A DNA stretch of 64,000 nt from Anaerohalosphaeraceae bacterium (lineage in GTDB: Bacteria > Planctomycetota > Phycisphaerae > Sedimentisphaerales > Anaerohalosphaeraceae), in NCBI GenBank assembly GCA_050309605.1, contig JBNRMN010000090.1, forward strand, positions 15,383 to 79,382, given 5' to 3'. Position 1 is the first letter of the stretch, and every line of letters starts with the position of its first letter. The translations under genes and the position numbers were made by a program. Below the pieces are notes generated by a model. It did no database searches. It worked only from the letters and a program-made list of their open reading frames with translations, and was not told where the DNA came from. Shown piece by piece: positions 40,734-50,477 of this stretch.

Positions 40734-42344
40734 TTATCGTTGAAAAAAAAGCGCTGCAATAGCCTCGACGTTACAGCCGTCAAATCCCGCTTCTAAAGCA
40801 ATCTGACCGGCTTGGATTATTGTTTCGAGAGGCGGCAGCGGAATCAGTGAAATTTCCATTGCGCCCACTTGAGTATTTCCGTTAATAACGCGAAAATAGG
40901 TATCCAGATGTTTGCTGTTCAATAAGACTGCAAGTCCGGTCGCCTCTTGAGGTGTCAGCGTGCCTTCCCGTTTATATATATAATTTAGATGATTTTCAAG
41001 TCCAAGATGCGAGACCGGCAGAAGCGATTTCAGATATGGCGCAGCAACCAGGCGACGTTGTTCTTCTTTGGCACTGAAGCGCCTTACAAGGATGAGGTTT
41101 TGATTTCTTACACAAAGTTTTGCAGTTTCATTGCAAAGCCGAAGCCATTGCGGTTTTTTGTGTGTATGGGTTGGCCATTGGATTTTCATAGAACGAATAT
41201 GATGAAGCCACAACAAGGGCACCGCCTCATTCGGTTGAGTGTCACTGTACAACAGAAAATCATGTGAACGAAACGCCACCACCGGACCGGTAGAAATGTG
41301 CAGGTTGTATTTTTCGAAAGAACCGGGCCAGGCCAGAATGCGCTCGACTATTTGCTCTTCGCCGCGATTTTTCGGCAAACGCAGAATATTCATTTTTGAT
41401 CTGGTATCCAGCAATGAGTCGGCATCATAAACAGAGGCTTGAGCCTGGTTAAGGTCGTCGGCCGAATTGCTGACGGAGATGTGAATTGCGGTTTGTGTTT
41501 TTTGTTGTCTCCACAGATCGCTTCGCGTCCCTTTTAGAATAATCATTTCCTGAAGAACGCCGTCCTTTTTGAAACCGTCGCGTCGCGAATCGAACAGATG
41601 GATAAGTTCCGGTCTGATGAGGTTGAAAAAGTAATCTCGAAATCGCTTGAAGTAAAACCCTGAAGCGAAACTTCGAGGCGTGATGAACACAAGTTGTCCG
41701 CCCTTTTTCAGCAGCGCCGCCGAGACGGCCATAAACAGTGCGTAGATATTGGGTTGTCCGTAAATGACCGACAGAGCAGCGACTGCTCGGCGATCTGACT
41801 TGGAAAGCTTGAAATATGGAGGATTGGAGATACAAACATCATAGGCGGCGATCGCATCATTAAACAACAATGAGCCGCTACAGAGCGCATCCGCATGCTC
41901 AAGAATAAAATCGTTGGTATGGATTTGATAGTCGAGTTTGACAGAATGACGATTTAGAATACTCGACATGTGCGACATACATGTGTCCAGTAATACAGAC
42001 AAATCAGGGTCGGCTTCATAGAGATCAAGGCGGATGATTTTCATCTGATGTGGGTTTCGGATAATTTGTTCACAGACTGCGCAAGACAGGATTCCGCAAC
42101 CGGCCCCCGGATCAAGAATTCGTATTTCCGGTCCGACCGGTGCTGTCAAAGAGGCCATAAATTGCGCGATGTCGGCTGAGGTAAAAAATTGACCGAATTG
42201 TTTCTTGTGTTCTCGCGAACGGCGGGCAGAGAACCACTCTCCCAGTCTTTGGGCGTACTCGACCGCCGATTCTTCGAGGCTCGATTTCGGGATTTCCGAG
42301 GCTGTTTGCGGTAACTCTGGTTTGTGCTTTTTGAGTTTTAACAT
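40734..42344 (-). CDS. N6-adenine DNA methyltransferase (BsuBI/PstI, Eco57I-like domain)
   Basis: GQFFT, ILDPGAGCG (motif I), SNPPY (motif IV), STGPVV.FR, ENHLNY, NGNTQV. Confidence 0.93.
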   Translation of the reverse strand: MLKLKKHKPELPQTASEIPKSSLEESAVEYAQRLGEWFSARRSREHKKQFGQFFTSADIAQFMASLTAPVGPEIRILDPGAGCGILSCAVCEQIIRNPHQMKIIRLDLYEADPDLSVLLDTCMSHMSSILNRHSVKLDYQIHTNDFILEHADALCSGSLLFNDAIAAYDVCISNPPYFKLSKSDRRAVAALSVIYGQPNIYALFMAVSAALLKKGGQLVFITPRSFASGFYFKRFRDYFFNLIRPELIHLFDSRRDGFKKDGVLQEMIILKGTRSDLWRQQKTQTAIHISVSNSADDLNQAQASVYDADSLLDTRSKMNILRLPKNRGEEQIVERILAWPGSFEKYNLHISTGPVVAFRSHDFLLYSDTQPNEAVPLLWLHHIRSMKIQWPTHTHKKPQWLRLCNETAKLCVRNQNLILVRRFSAKEEQRRLVAAPYLKSLLPVSHLGLENHLNYIYKREGTLTPQEATGLAVLLNSKHLDTYFRVINGNTQVGAMEISLIPLPPLETIIQAGQIALEAGFDGCNVEAIAALFFQR

Positions 42345-42349
42345 AACCG

Positions 42350-43669
42350 TTATGTTTTCTCTGTTCGTTGTCGCAGGAGCAGTCGGATGGGGACTTCTTC
42401 CAGTCCGAGCAGTTCGCCCAGTCGATGGGTCAGGAAGCGCTGGTGCGGTTCATCGAACAGGGCGGGCCGATTGACAAACAGCAGGATGCTGATCGGTCGG
42501 ACGGCCACTTGTGTCGCGTAGTAAATTTTCGGGACGCCGCGCTTGCTGCGGGCGCCGAAGCGTTCTTCGCTGATGATTTTAATCGCCTTGTTGAGCCGGC
42601 CGGTGGGGATTTTCGTGCCGGCCTGCTTGAACAGTTCCGCGGCGATATCCAGCACGCTTTGGATGTTTTTGGCGTCTTTGGCGGTGGTAAAGGCAATCGG
42701 GGCGTGCCGCAGGCCGACGAGCACCTTGTCCAGATAGTCGGCGTAGTCCTCCGAGGCGGCGACGTCTTTGGCCAGGTCCCACTTGTTGACGATCAGGATG
42801 CAGGGCTTGAACTCGTCGCGCACCAGGTGGCCGAGTTTTTTGTCCACCTGCGACACGGGCGTGGTCGCGTCCATCATAAACAGCACCACGTCGGCCCGGC
42901 GGATGCTGCGCAGGGCGCGGGTATAGCCGTAGTATTCGATGTCGTGGGTCATCTTGCCGACTTTGCGGACGCCGGCGGTGTCGATGATCATATACTGCCG
43001 GCCGTCTTTTTCGAACAGCACGTCCACCGCGTCGCGCGTCGTGCCGGGGATGTCGCTGGTGATGACGCGATCCTGTCCGACGACGGCGTTGATGAAGGTG
43101 CTCTTGCCGGCGTTGCGCTTGCCGACGATGGCGATTTTCATCACGGCCTGGACGGGCTTTTCTTTGGGCAGGTGATCCAGGGCGGCATCGATACGGTCGA
43201 GCAGCTCGCCGCGATTGACCAGATTCCTGGCCGAGATGCAGATCGGCTCGCCGAAGCCCAGCCGCACGAATTCCCCGGCCAGCGGCAGCTGTTTGGGGCT
43301 GTCGGCCTTGTTGGCCACCGGCATCACGGGCAGGTCGTGCTTGCGAAGCAGTTGGGCGATGCGCGTATCCAGCGGGGTGATCCCCTCGCGGATATCCACC
43401 ACGAACAGCACCAGACTGGCCTGGCTGATGGCCTGAAAGATCTGGTTTTCGACGTGGCTTTCCAGTGCGTCACTATCGACAATGCCGTAGCCGCCGGTAT
43501 CGACCAGCTCAAAAAACCGCTCGTTGTACTCCAGAATTGTGCTCACGCGGTCGCGCGTCACCCCGGCCGTCGGATCGACGATACTGATCATCTGGCCCGA
43601 CAGCGAGTTGAGCAGACTGCTCTTGCCGACATTCGGTCGGCCGATAATTGCCACCACAGGAAGCGCCAT
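42350..43669 (-). CDS. der: ribosome biogenesis GTPase Der/EngA
   Basis: Two G-domains (GRPNVGKSS, GKRNAGKST; DTGG, DTAG; NKAD, NKWD) and a KH-like C-terminus. Confidence 0.97.
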   Translation of the reverse strand: MALPVVAIIGRPNVGKSSLLNSLSGQMISIVDPTAGVTRDRVSTILEYNERFFELVDTGGYGIVDSDALESHVENQIFQAISQASLVLFVVDIREGITPLDTRIAQLLRKHDLPVMPVANKADSPKQLPLAGEFVRLGFGEPICISARNLVNRGELLDRIDAALDHLPKEKPVQAVMKIAIVGKRNAGKSTFINAVVGQDRVITSDIPGTTRDAVDVLFEKDGRQYMIIDTAGVRKVGKMTHDIEYYGYTRALRSIRRADVVLFMMDATTPVSQVDKKLGHLVRDEFKPCILIVNKWDLAKDVAASEDYADYLDKVLVGLRHAPIAFTTAKDAKNIQSVLDIAAELFKQAGTKIPTGRLNKAIKIISEERFGARSKRGVPKIYYATQVAVRPISILLFVNRPALFDEPHQRFLTHRLGELLGLEEVPIRLLLRQRTEKT

Positions 43670-43902
43670 AAATCTCTCAAAACCGAAGGGATATTGTAAA
43701 TTAGACAATAAATGATTATAACTGCTTAATCTCACAATGCAAAGAACACTTCTAATTTGCTTGCACGAGTGCTTAAATGTTTGATTTCCAATTTGACGCT
43801 TGATTGTGGACGATTAGAGGCTGAAATTATCGATTGTGTTCGGTTGTTTTCTTCAAAACCAGACAAACATGATTTAGAGATTGCCGTAAATAAATATCAG
43901 AT

Positions 43903-43930
43903 TTGACAATTTATCGTTTTTTCATATAAT
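43903..43930 (+). promoter_or_regulatory. consensus sigma70 promoter of the three-gene module
   Basis: TTGACA (43903-43908), 16 nt, TATAAT (43925-43930). Confidence 0.8.
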
Positions 43931-43992
43931 GTCACTTCACGACTGTGTGATCTTGTAACCGGACAGGAGTATATATCCTGAGGAGATGAAGA

Positions 43993-44811
43993 ATGGATGT
44001 AGGGACCAAGCCAATACCGAGTTTTAAGAAACCTCCTGTAACAGAGGTTGTTCTGGGTGTTCAGTTTGACAAGCTTAAGTCCTTTAATTCACTTCACTAC
44101 GGCCTATACAGAGAGAGAGTGGCTATAAATTACCCAAATTACGAAGATCGCCCCCCTCTTGTCAGTTCCTTTGAGCTTTTCGGAGACAAGGCTCAGTCAT
44201 TTTTCAAGCAGCATATGTCTTCGATACCTCCGTTACGGAGAGGGTGGTTTATCGAAAAAGAAGGGAACAGGCTTATTCAGATCGACCCGGAACACTTTTT
44301 TCATAACTGGCGAAAGGTCACCGGCGATGAAAACTACCCCAGATATCCCAAGGTCAAAGAAGATTTTTTGGCTTTGTGGGGTGATTATTTAGAATTTTTA
44401 AAGGACGTTGCTTCGGAAGAGGTTAAAGTCAATCATTGGGAAGTCACCTATGTCAACCATATTGATAAAACTGAAGGATGGGATAATCTTGACGATTTGG
44501 AAAATATTTTCGCCCAATGGTCCAGTGGCCTGACAGAAGGCTTTCTGTCTGTTCCGGAAACTCTTGAAATCAAGCAAACGTATGCCTTTCCAGAGCAAAG
44601 GGGACGATTGCATGTCGTTCTTCAGCCGGCAATCAGACATCGAGACAACAAGGAATGCATATTGCTCAGATTGACGGCACGAGGCCGACTGGATTCAAGT
44701 GAACCAGAAACAGTATCAAAGCATCTGGATATGGGCCGAGAATGGATCGTAAGAGGTTTTGCTGACCTGACAACTCCCAAAGCTCATGAATTATGGCAAA
44801 GAGAGGTTTGA
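43993..44811 (+). CDS. TIGR04255-like protein
   Basis: F.KPPVTEVVLGVQF, LIQI, NWR...ENYPRY, VTYVNHI, F..LTT..A..LW; AGGAG RBS. Confidence 0.78.
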   Translation: MDVGTKPIPSFKKPPVTEVVLGVQFDKLKSFNSLHYGLYRERVAINYPNYEDRPPLVSSFELFGDKAQSFFKQHMSSIPPLRRGWFIEKEGNRLIQIDPEHFFHNWRKVTGDENYPRYPKVKEDFLALWGDYLEFLKDVASEEVKVNHWEVTYVNHIDKTEGWDNLDDLENIFAQWSSGLTEGFLSVPETLEIKQTYAFPEQRGRLHVVLQPAIRHRDNKECILLRLTARGRLDSSEPETVSKHLDMGREWIVRGFADLTTPKAHELWQREV

Positions 44812-44812
44812 T

Positions 44813-45298
44813 ATGACACCTGAAACAGTAATTTCCGACCCTATTACAATAAAAGACAGCTATGAACTTCGGGATGAATTTGATTCTTTGGGCACTGTCT
44901 CAAGTTGCTCTACAGACGATTTTTTTTCTGTCAACCTGACCGCTGTAGCATATCGAGCATTGAGTCAACTTAATGCCATAGCACAGTTGGCGGATGATTG
45001 GGATTCTTATGGAAGTCCGCGATTAAGCGAAGAACTGTACTCGAGCGCAAAAAAACTTGTTGACTTAATTCAAGATGCCTTTGTTTCACAGGCTCCCGAT
45101 GTCGTTCCTGTTTCGGGCGGCGGTGTTCAATTCGAATGGCAGTACGGGGGCTGTGAATTAGAAATAGAATTCTCAAGTCCTTTTGAGGTTGCGTATCTCA
45201 AGGTTTTTGAAGATGAGAGTATGGAAGAAGGTGTATTTTCGATAGAGGAAATGGAAACCGAAGTCCGCAAGCTCCTGTCTTGGCTCTTTGCATATTAA
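44813..45298 (+). CDS. acidic hypothetical protein (candidate antitoxin)
   Basis: L..IAQL.DDWDSYGS...P..GGGVQFEW......LEIEF pattern; starts 1 nt after the previous stop. Confidence 0.7.
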   Translation: MTPETVISDPITIKDSYELRDEFDSLGTVSSCSTDDFFSVNLTAVAYRALSQLNAIAQLADDWDSYGSPRLSEELYSSAKKLVDLIQDAFVSQAPDVVPVSGGGVQFEWQYGGCELEIEFSSPFEVAYLKVFEDESMEEGVFSIEEMETEVRKLLSWLFAY

Positions 45299-45307
45299 CA
45301 AAGAACA

Positions 45308-45748
45308 ATGGGTAATGAAATGAATGCTGCCGAAGGAGCAACACAAAACAGCGTCGATGACAATGAATTACTCTATCGCTGTATAGTTGTTAATATCGAA
45401 CCGCAACAGTCGGCTCAAATTATTTGGGATGACAATGCTAAAAAATATCGTTTGACGTCTGCTGCTTTTAAGGATCCAGATAATTCTGTAGATATTGCCT
45501 CAAAAACGACTCCACAAGAATGTCTTGGAAGAAAGCCAAAAAGCGGGGCGGTTGCCGTCCTGTTGGCGATTGAACCCAAAAAACTGGGGTATCGTGTAGT
45601 TGAAGATCCTCTTCAAGACAATCCGGCGCATGCGTTAATTCTCAGCGGAGGAAAGCCGATGAAGAAAGCACATAAAAGGATATTGGTGAAAAAGTGTCGA
45701 TGGGTAATCGCCCCAAAGGGGTTTGATATGCTTGAGCCTGTGATTTAA
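45308..45748 (+). CDS. hypothetical protein, ADP-ribosyltransferase-like motif order (candidate toxin)
   Basis: ELLYRC...SAAF.D...SVD...NPAHALI; basic C-terminus. Confidence 0.6.
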   Translation: MGNEMNAAEGATQNSVDDNELLYRCIVVNIEPQQSAQIIWDDNAKKYRLTSAAFKDPDNSVDIASKTTPQECLGRKPKSGAVAVLLAIEPKKLGYRVVEDPLQDNPAHALILSGGKPMKKAHKRILVKKCRWVIAPKGFDMLEPVI

Positions 45749-45793
45749 TCAAAACGCGGATTTGTGTGACACTATTTAGCGAATACTCAAGAG

Positions 45794-46519
45794 ATGGCGG
45801 AAAATCCCACAAAAAAATGTCCGTTTTGCGGCGAGCAGATTCTTGCCGAGGCGATCAAGTGCCGGTTTTGTCGTGAGTTTCTGGAAGACGACAACGGCCT
45901 TCCGGTCTCGCACCATGCCCGGGCCGTGCGTACCGAACGGCCGTTGGCTCGACCGCCGGAGCCGGAGACACAAACACCCGAGCCGGCAGCGGACGATGAA
46001 GCGGCCATGGTGGTCTATCCGTCGCTGTGGGCGCTGGCGGGGGTGTTTTGCACGGCGCTGGCGGGGCTGATCGCGGCGATTGTGTTGATGGCGTATCCGT
46101 TGGGTCAGTTGCTCATTGAGCATTTTGAGTTAAGCGAAACCGCCGCCGGTTCGGTGGACTCGGCGGCGAATTGGACGGGGCTGGTGTTGTTTTTGGTTCT
46201 GGTCGGCTGGGTGTTGTATCGGGCCGTGGCGATCAAGCGGATTCGCTACGAGATCAGTCCGGATCGGATTGAGTTTGCCCGCGGCATCTTCAGCCGAAAG
46301 ATCGACAATCTGGATGTGTTTCGCATCGTCGATATCAAGCTGCACCGCTCGTTATTGGATTGCCTGACCGGCGTCGGTGCGGTCACGCTGATGACACGGG
46401 ACGAAACCGACCCGGAATTTCGATTCGAAAAGGTCAAAGACCCCAAAGACCTCTACGATATCATCAAAAAGGCCACTCTCGTTGCAGACCGCAAACAGGG
46501 CGTGGTGCATTTGCAGTAA
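45794..46519 (+). CDS. zinc-ribbon + bacterial PH domain membrane protein
   Basis: CPFCGEQI..EAIKCRFC, two TM segments, RYEI...RI....GIFSR. Confidence 0.8.
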   Translation: MAENPTKKCPFCGEQILAEAIKCRFCREFLEDDNGLPVSHHARAVRTERPLARPPEPETQTPEPAADDEAAMVVYPSLWALAGVFCTALAGLIAAIVLMAYPLGQLLIEHFELSETAAGSVDSAANWTGLVLFLVLVGWVLYRAVAIKRIRYEISPDRIEFARGIFSRKIDNLDVFRIVDIKLHRSLLDCLTGVGAVTLMTRDETDPEFRFEKVKDPKDLYDIIKKATLVADRKQGVVHLQ

Positions 46520-46538
46520 AAATCCGATGTACCTCAAC

Positions 46539-46640
46539 GCCGGCAGAGCCGCTCACTTATGCCGAAACCGTTCACCGTTTACAGTTCGACCCGTTCGTTT
46601 AGAAACGCACCGAAGGTGCACTCTAATTGCAGCCCAGGGC
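46539..46640 (-). ncRNA. candidate structured non-coding RNA (three-way junction), family unknown
   Basis: Hand-folded minus strand: P1 GGGCUGC/GCGGCUC, P2 UUAGA..GCAC-CUUCG-GUGC..UCUAA, P3 GUCGAACUGU/ACGGUUUCGGC, with G-U pairs that work only on this strand. Confidence 0.45.
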
Positions 46641-46830
46641 AAATGTAATACCAACGCAAAATAAGGATTTGCATACACAATAGCGATGCCATATTTAAGT
46701 TGGCAAGTTGGGGGGTTGGGTTTCGTGCTTGCTTGTTGCTCTGAAAACCGATAGGATTTCGATCGACAGGGGCGTTGCAGGCAATCGGCGCGTTAGATAA
46801 CCAAAAATTTGGATATGGTTTTGCACTTTT

Positions 46831-47622
46831 ATGTCAGAAATTGTTGTTGCAGTCAATCAGGTGACGTTTTATCGCAAACAGCGGGCGATTTTGTCCGATG
46901 TGAGCTGGCACATTGAAAAAGGGCGGCACTGGGCGTTGCTGGGCGCCAACGGGTCGGGCAAGACGACATTGCTGAAGCTGCTCTGCGGTTATGAATGGCC
47001 GACGTTCGGCTCGGTGCAGGTACTCGGTCGGCGGTTCGGGGCGTGCGATGTGCGTCACCTTCGCAAGCTCATCGGCTGGGTCAGTTCGGCGATGTGCCAT
47101 CAACTGCCCGGCCATGATACGGCCCTTCAGGTCGCGGCCTCAGGCCTGGAGGCCAGCATCGGACTGTACCGCACGTTCAGCGCTGAGGAGCTGGACAAAG
47201 CCCGTCGGATGCTGGCGCATCTGGGCGCTGAACACATTGCCGAGCAGCGGTATAGTACCCTGTCCCAGGGTGAACAGCAAAAGACACTGATCGCCCGAGC
47301 ACTGGTCAGCGAGCCGAAGCTGCTGATTCTTGATGAGCCGTGTATCGGGCTGGATCCGGCATCCCGTGAGCGGTTTTTGCAGGATTTGGATGAGTTTGCC
47401 GCGCGCTGCGAGGCGCCGACCATGATCCTTGTGACCCACCATATCGAAGAAATTCGCCCGTGGGTCCGTCGAGTCCTGATGCTCAAAGACGGCCGGGTGC
47501 TGGCGCAAGGCCGTCCGGATGAGGTGATCTGCGGTGCGACGATGGGGCGGCTGTTTGATTGTCAATGCCGCGTCAGCAGAGCAGACAACGGATTCCGGCT
47601 GTGGATGGAAACGGCGGGGTGA
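46831..47622 (+). CDS. ABC ATP-binding protein (ModF/YlmA-like)
   Basis: GANGSGKTT, LSQGEQQ, LILDEP, VTHH. Confidence 0.88.
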   Translation: MSEIVVAVNQVTFYRKQRAILSDVSWHIEKGRHWALLGANGSGKTTLLKLLCGYEWPTFGSVQVLGRRFGACDVRHLRKLIGWVSSAMCHQLPGHDTALQVAASGLEASIGLYRTFSAEELDKARRMLAHLGAEHIAEQRYSTLSQGEQQKTLIARALVSEPKLLILDEPCIGLDPASRERFLQDLDEFAARCEAPTMILVTHHIEEIRPWVRRVLMLKDGRVLAQGRPDEVICGATMGRLFDCQCRVSRADNGFRLWMETAG

Positions 47623-47624
47623 GC

Positions 47625-48833
47625 ATGACCGAGACGGTGCGTTCACAATGGGGGCGGCTGGTTGCCCTGACGATGGCTCATTTTGTGCTGGATATGTTTC
47701 CCGGCCTGATGCACACGATCCTGCCGGCGGTTCAGCAGCGATTTGTCTTGTCGGTGACCGCCGGCGGGGTGCTGTTGTCGGTGTTCCTGGTCGGGTCCAA
47801 TGCGATTCAGGTGCTCATCGGTCATTTACGTGAAAACGAAAGCAAGCCGCTGTTTTTATATGTCGGCCTTGGGCTGACGTGTACGATCCTGCTGTTCGGG
47901 CTGGTCGCGCCGCACCGCCTGTCGCTGTTGTGGCTGTCGGTCATCGCGCTGGTCTGCGGATCAGGCGTGGGGATGACCCACCCCGAAGGGCTTCGGGCGG
48001 TGCATCGGCTGGAAGGGATTTCCTCATCGGTCAGCTCGGCGGTGTTTATGGGCGGCGGCGTGCTGGGCTTTGCCTTCGGCAGCGTGGCCAGTACCCATTT
48101 GTATGCGCGATGGGGCTTTGCCGGACTGATCCCGTTTTGTGCGGCCTCAATTGTCACGGCGGTGGTGTTGATGCTGCTGGGTATTCGGCTGGCGTTGGAG
48201 CGCGACGAAGCCAATCGAAAGGCACTGCGCATTGACCAGAACCGATATACGGAAATCCCGTTTGGTGTTGTGCTGCTGATTGCGACGCTGACTGTCAGTT
48301 CGGTGCAGATTTTGATGTGGATAGTGCCGCAGCATATCAGCGCGATCGGGGCCGATTTGACCCGCGGCGGCAAGGCGGTCTCACTGTTTACGCTGGCCGG
48401 CGGCATCGGGGGGATGGTGCTGGCGCGATGGGCGGCTCGACGCGGCGAATTTAAGATCGTCATCTTCATGCTGGCCGTCGGTATCCCCTTTGTGCTGGGC
48501 TATGTCGTGCTGCTGCGGTTTGCCGTCTCGGTGGTGCTGCTCAGCGCGGGCGGGTTTTTCTGTTTCGGAGCGTATCCGATCATGGTCAGTATCGCGCGCA
48601 GCAGCAGGGGGCCGAATCTGGGCCGGCGGATGGGTTTGATCGTCGGCGGCATCTGGCTGGTGGCGTGTCTGTTGCCCATGGTCCTGGGACCGGCGGCCGA
48701 GTGGGCCGGAACCGGGTTTGTGATTTTTCTGTCGCCGGGCGGGTTTATTCTGGCCTTGGCGCTGGCGGTTGCAGCCGCCGTGAAAGCAAAAAGAAATCAA
48801 ACAGAAAGTTGTCATGCGTTCAAAAGCGATTGA
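47625..48833 (+). CDS. MFS transporter (Fsr-like)
   Basis: AHFVLD, G.GMTHPEG, ~12 TM segments. Confidence 0.82.
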   Translation: MTETVRSQWGRLVALTMAHFVLDMFPGLMHTILPAVQQRFVLSVTAGGVLLSVFLVGSNAIQVLIGHLRENESKPLFLYVGLGLTCTILLFGLVAPHRLSLLWLSVIALVCGSGVGMTHPEGLRAVHRLEGISSSVSSAVFMGGGVLGFAFGSVASTHLYARWGFAGLIPFCAASIVTAVVLMLLGIRLALERDEANRKALRIDQNRYTEIPFGVVLLIATLTVSSVQILMWIVPQHISAIGADLTRGGKAVSLFTLAGGIGGMVLARWAARRGEFKIVIFMLAVGIPFVLGYVVLLRFAVSVVLLSAGGFFCFGAYPIMVSIARSSRGPNLGRRMGLIVGGIWLVACLLPMVLGPAAEWAGTGFVIFLSPGGFILALALAVAAAVKAKRNQTESCHAFKSD

Positions 48834-49593
48834 TTACGATATGCATATTCATACCGCCTATTGCGGTCATGCTCCGGAGATGACGGTTGAGGCGATTTGC
48901 CGACGGGCCGACGAAGCGCAGCTTCGGCTGATTGCGATTACCGACCATATCTTTGAGCCGGGCGATATCAAGGTCATCGATCAAATACGCGCCGAGGTCG
49001 CGGCGCTGCGTCCGACGTGCCGCGTGCTGGTCGGGGCCGAGGTGGATGTGGACTGGAACAGTCCCGACGGGCGGTTGGTAACGGACGATCTGGACGGACT
49101 GGATTATGTCCTGGCCGGATTTCATTATGTGCCGACGATGGGACATTACCCCTGGTCGGTGGACGAGCGGCAAATGGAGATCGAACCGTTCCTGGCGTTG
49201 TGGGAACAGTCGCTGCTGGGGATTGTGTCCAATCCGCGGATCCATACGCTGGCCCATCCGGGACGGATGCTGGCGGCCTGTACGGAGCTGGAGGTGTATT
49301 TTGAGCATGGCCTGGCAGTGTTTGAGAAGGTCGCGGCCCTGTCGGCTCGAAACAACATCGCCTGGGAACTGAACGAGCTGACGGGCCATCGCCTGCCGCC
49401 GTATTGGCAGCAGCAATGGTATCGTTTGTATGAGGTCGCGCTGGCCGCCGGTGTCAAGATGGTCTTTGGCTCCGATGCCCATACGCCGGACAGCATCGGA
49501 TTGCAGACGTTTGCCCGGCGGGTATTGGATCAACTGCCCGCGGACAGTTTGGCCCGACCGGAAGAGGTGTTCGGCACAGTCGAATCCGAATGA
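48814..49593 (+). CDS. PHP domain phosphoesterase
   Basis: DMHIHT, AITDH, GAEVD, LAHP, GSDAH. Confidence 0.9.
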   Translation: MRSKAIDYDMHIHTAYCGHAPEMTVEAICRRADEAQLRLIAITDHIFEPGDIKVIDQIRAEVAALRPTCRVLVGAEVDVDWNSPDGRLVTDDLDGLDYVLAGFHYVPTMGHYPWSVDERQMEIEPFLALWEQSLLGIVSNPRIHTLAHPGRMLAACTELEVYFEHGLAVFEKVAALSARNNIAWELNELTGHRLPPYWQQQWYRLYEVALAAGVKMVFGSDAHTPDSIGLQTFARRVLDQLPADSLARPEEVFGTVESE

Positions 49594-49692
49594 CGGAGGG
49601 CGTTTTATTCTTTTTGTTCCAAACCATGCGGGCGGCTCGGCGTAGAAAGGGTTGTTTTTGCCTTCAACGCGATAGGATTGATACAGGATTAA

Positions 49693-50331
49693 GTGATGCC
49701 GAAGCGTTTAACCATTTTGGCCGGGGTGTTGATGCTGGCGGTCTCCATGGCCGAATTTCGGCAAGTGCAAAGGAACGACGGTATGCAGGAACAGAATCCT
49801 CTGGATGCGGTTCATTCGGATCCCAACGACCCCAACACCCTTGAGGCGACGTTTGCGGCCGGGTGTTTCTGGGGCGTAGAGCACTTCTTTGCCGCCGTGC
49901 CGGGGGTGGTCTTCACCGAGGTCGGCTATACCGGCGGCCAGGTTAAACACCCGACCTATCAGCAGGTGTGCAGCGGCCGCACCGGCCATGCCGAAGCGGT
50001 GCATCTGCGATACGACCCCAATCAAATCAGCTACGAAACGCTGGTACGGCTGTTTTTCAAGATGCACGATCCGACCACGCCCAATCGGCAGGGGCCGGAC
50101 ATCGGCACGCAGTATCGCTCGGCGATCTTTATCCATTCCGACGAGCAAAAACAGACCGCCGAGGCCGTCATTCGGGATCTGACCGCCCGGCGCGCGTTTA
50201 AGCAGCGCATCGTTACCCGGATTGTCCCCGCGGCGACCTTTTGGCGGGCCGAAGCGTACCATCAGCAGTACTTCAAAAAGAATCCAGGGCGCTCCTGTCA
50301 TACCCAATTCTGTCCGACGATGCTGCCATAG
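49693..50331 (+). CDS. msrA: peptide methionine sulfoxide reductase A (with signal-like N-terminus)
   Basis: AAGCFWG, TGHAEAV, HDPT, GTQYRSAI, AEAYHQQY. Confidence 0.95.
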   Translation: MMPKRLTILAGVLMLAVSMAEFRQVQRNDGMQEQNPLDAVHSDPNDPNTLEATFAAGCFWGVEHFFAAVPGVVFTEVGYTGGQVKHPTYQQVCSGRTGHAEAVHLRYDPNQISYETLVRLFFKMHDPTTPNRQGPDIGTQYRSAIFIHSDEQKQTAEAVIRDLTARRAFKQRIVTRIVPAATFWRAEAYHQQYFKKNPGRSCHTQFCPTMLP

Positions 50332-50477
50332 CGGCGTTCTTTCGTCAAACGGGCGCTGTATGTTTTGGCGTGCAGTGCCGGGATTTTCCCTTCGTCGTTC
50401 GATGATAGCTTGGTAGAATACGGGCCAAGCCCCGTGTGGGGCTGATCTTGCGATTGAGATATTATGGGAGACGAGAG

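Noticed and set aside
42368..43699. 443-aa plus-strand ORF antisense to der (and similar shadows over hcp, gyrB, dnaN, cstA and the RND gene)
   Set aside because: These are in-register antisense shadows expected from high-GC codon bias; they show no protein motifs.
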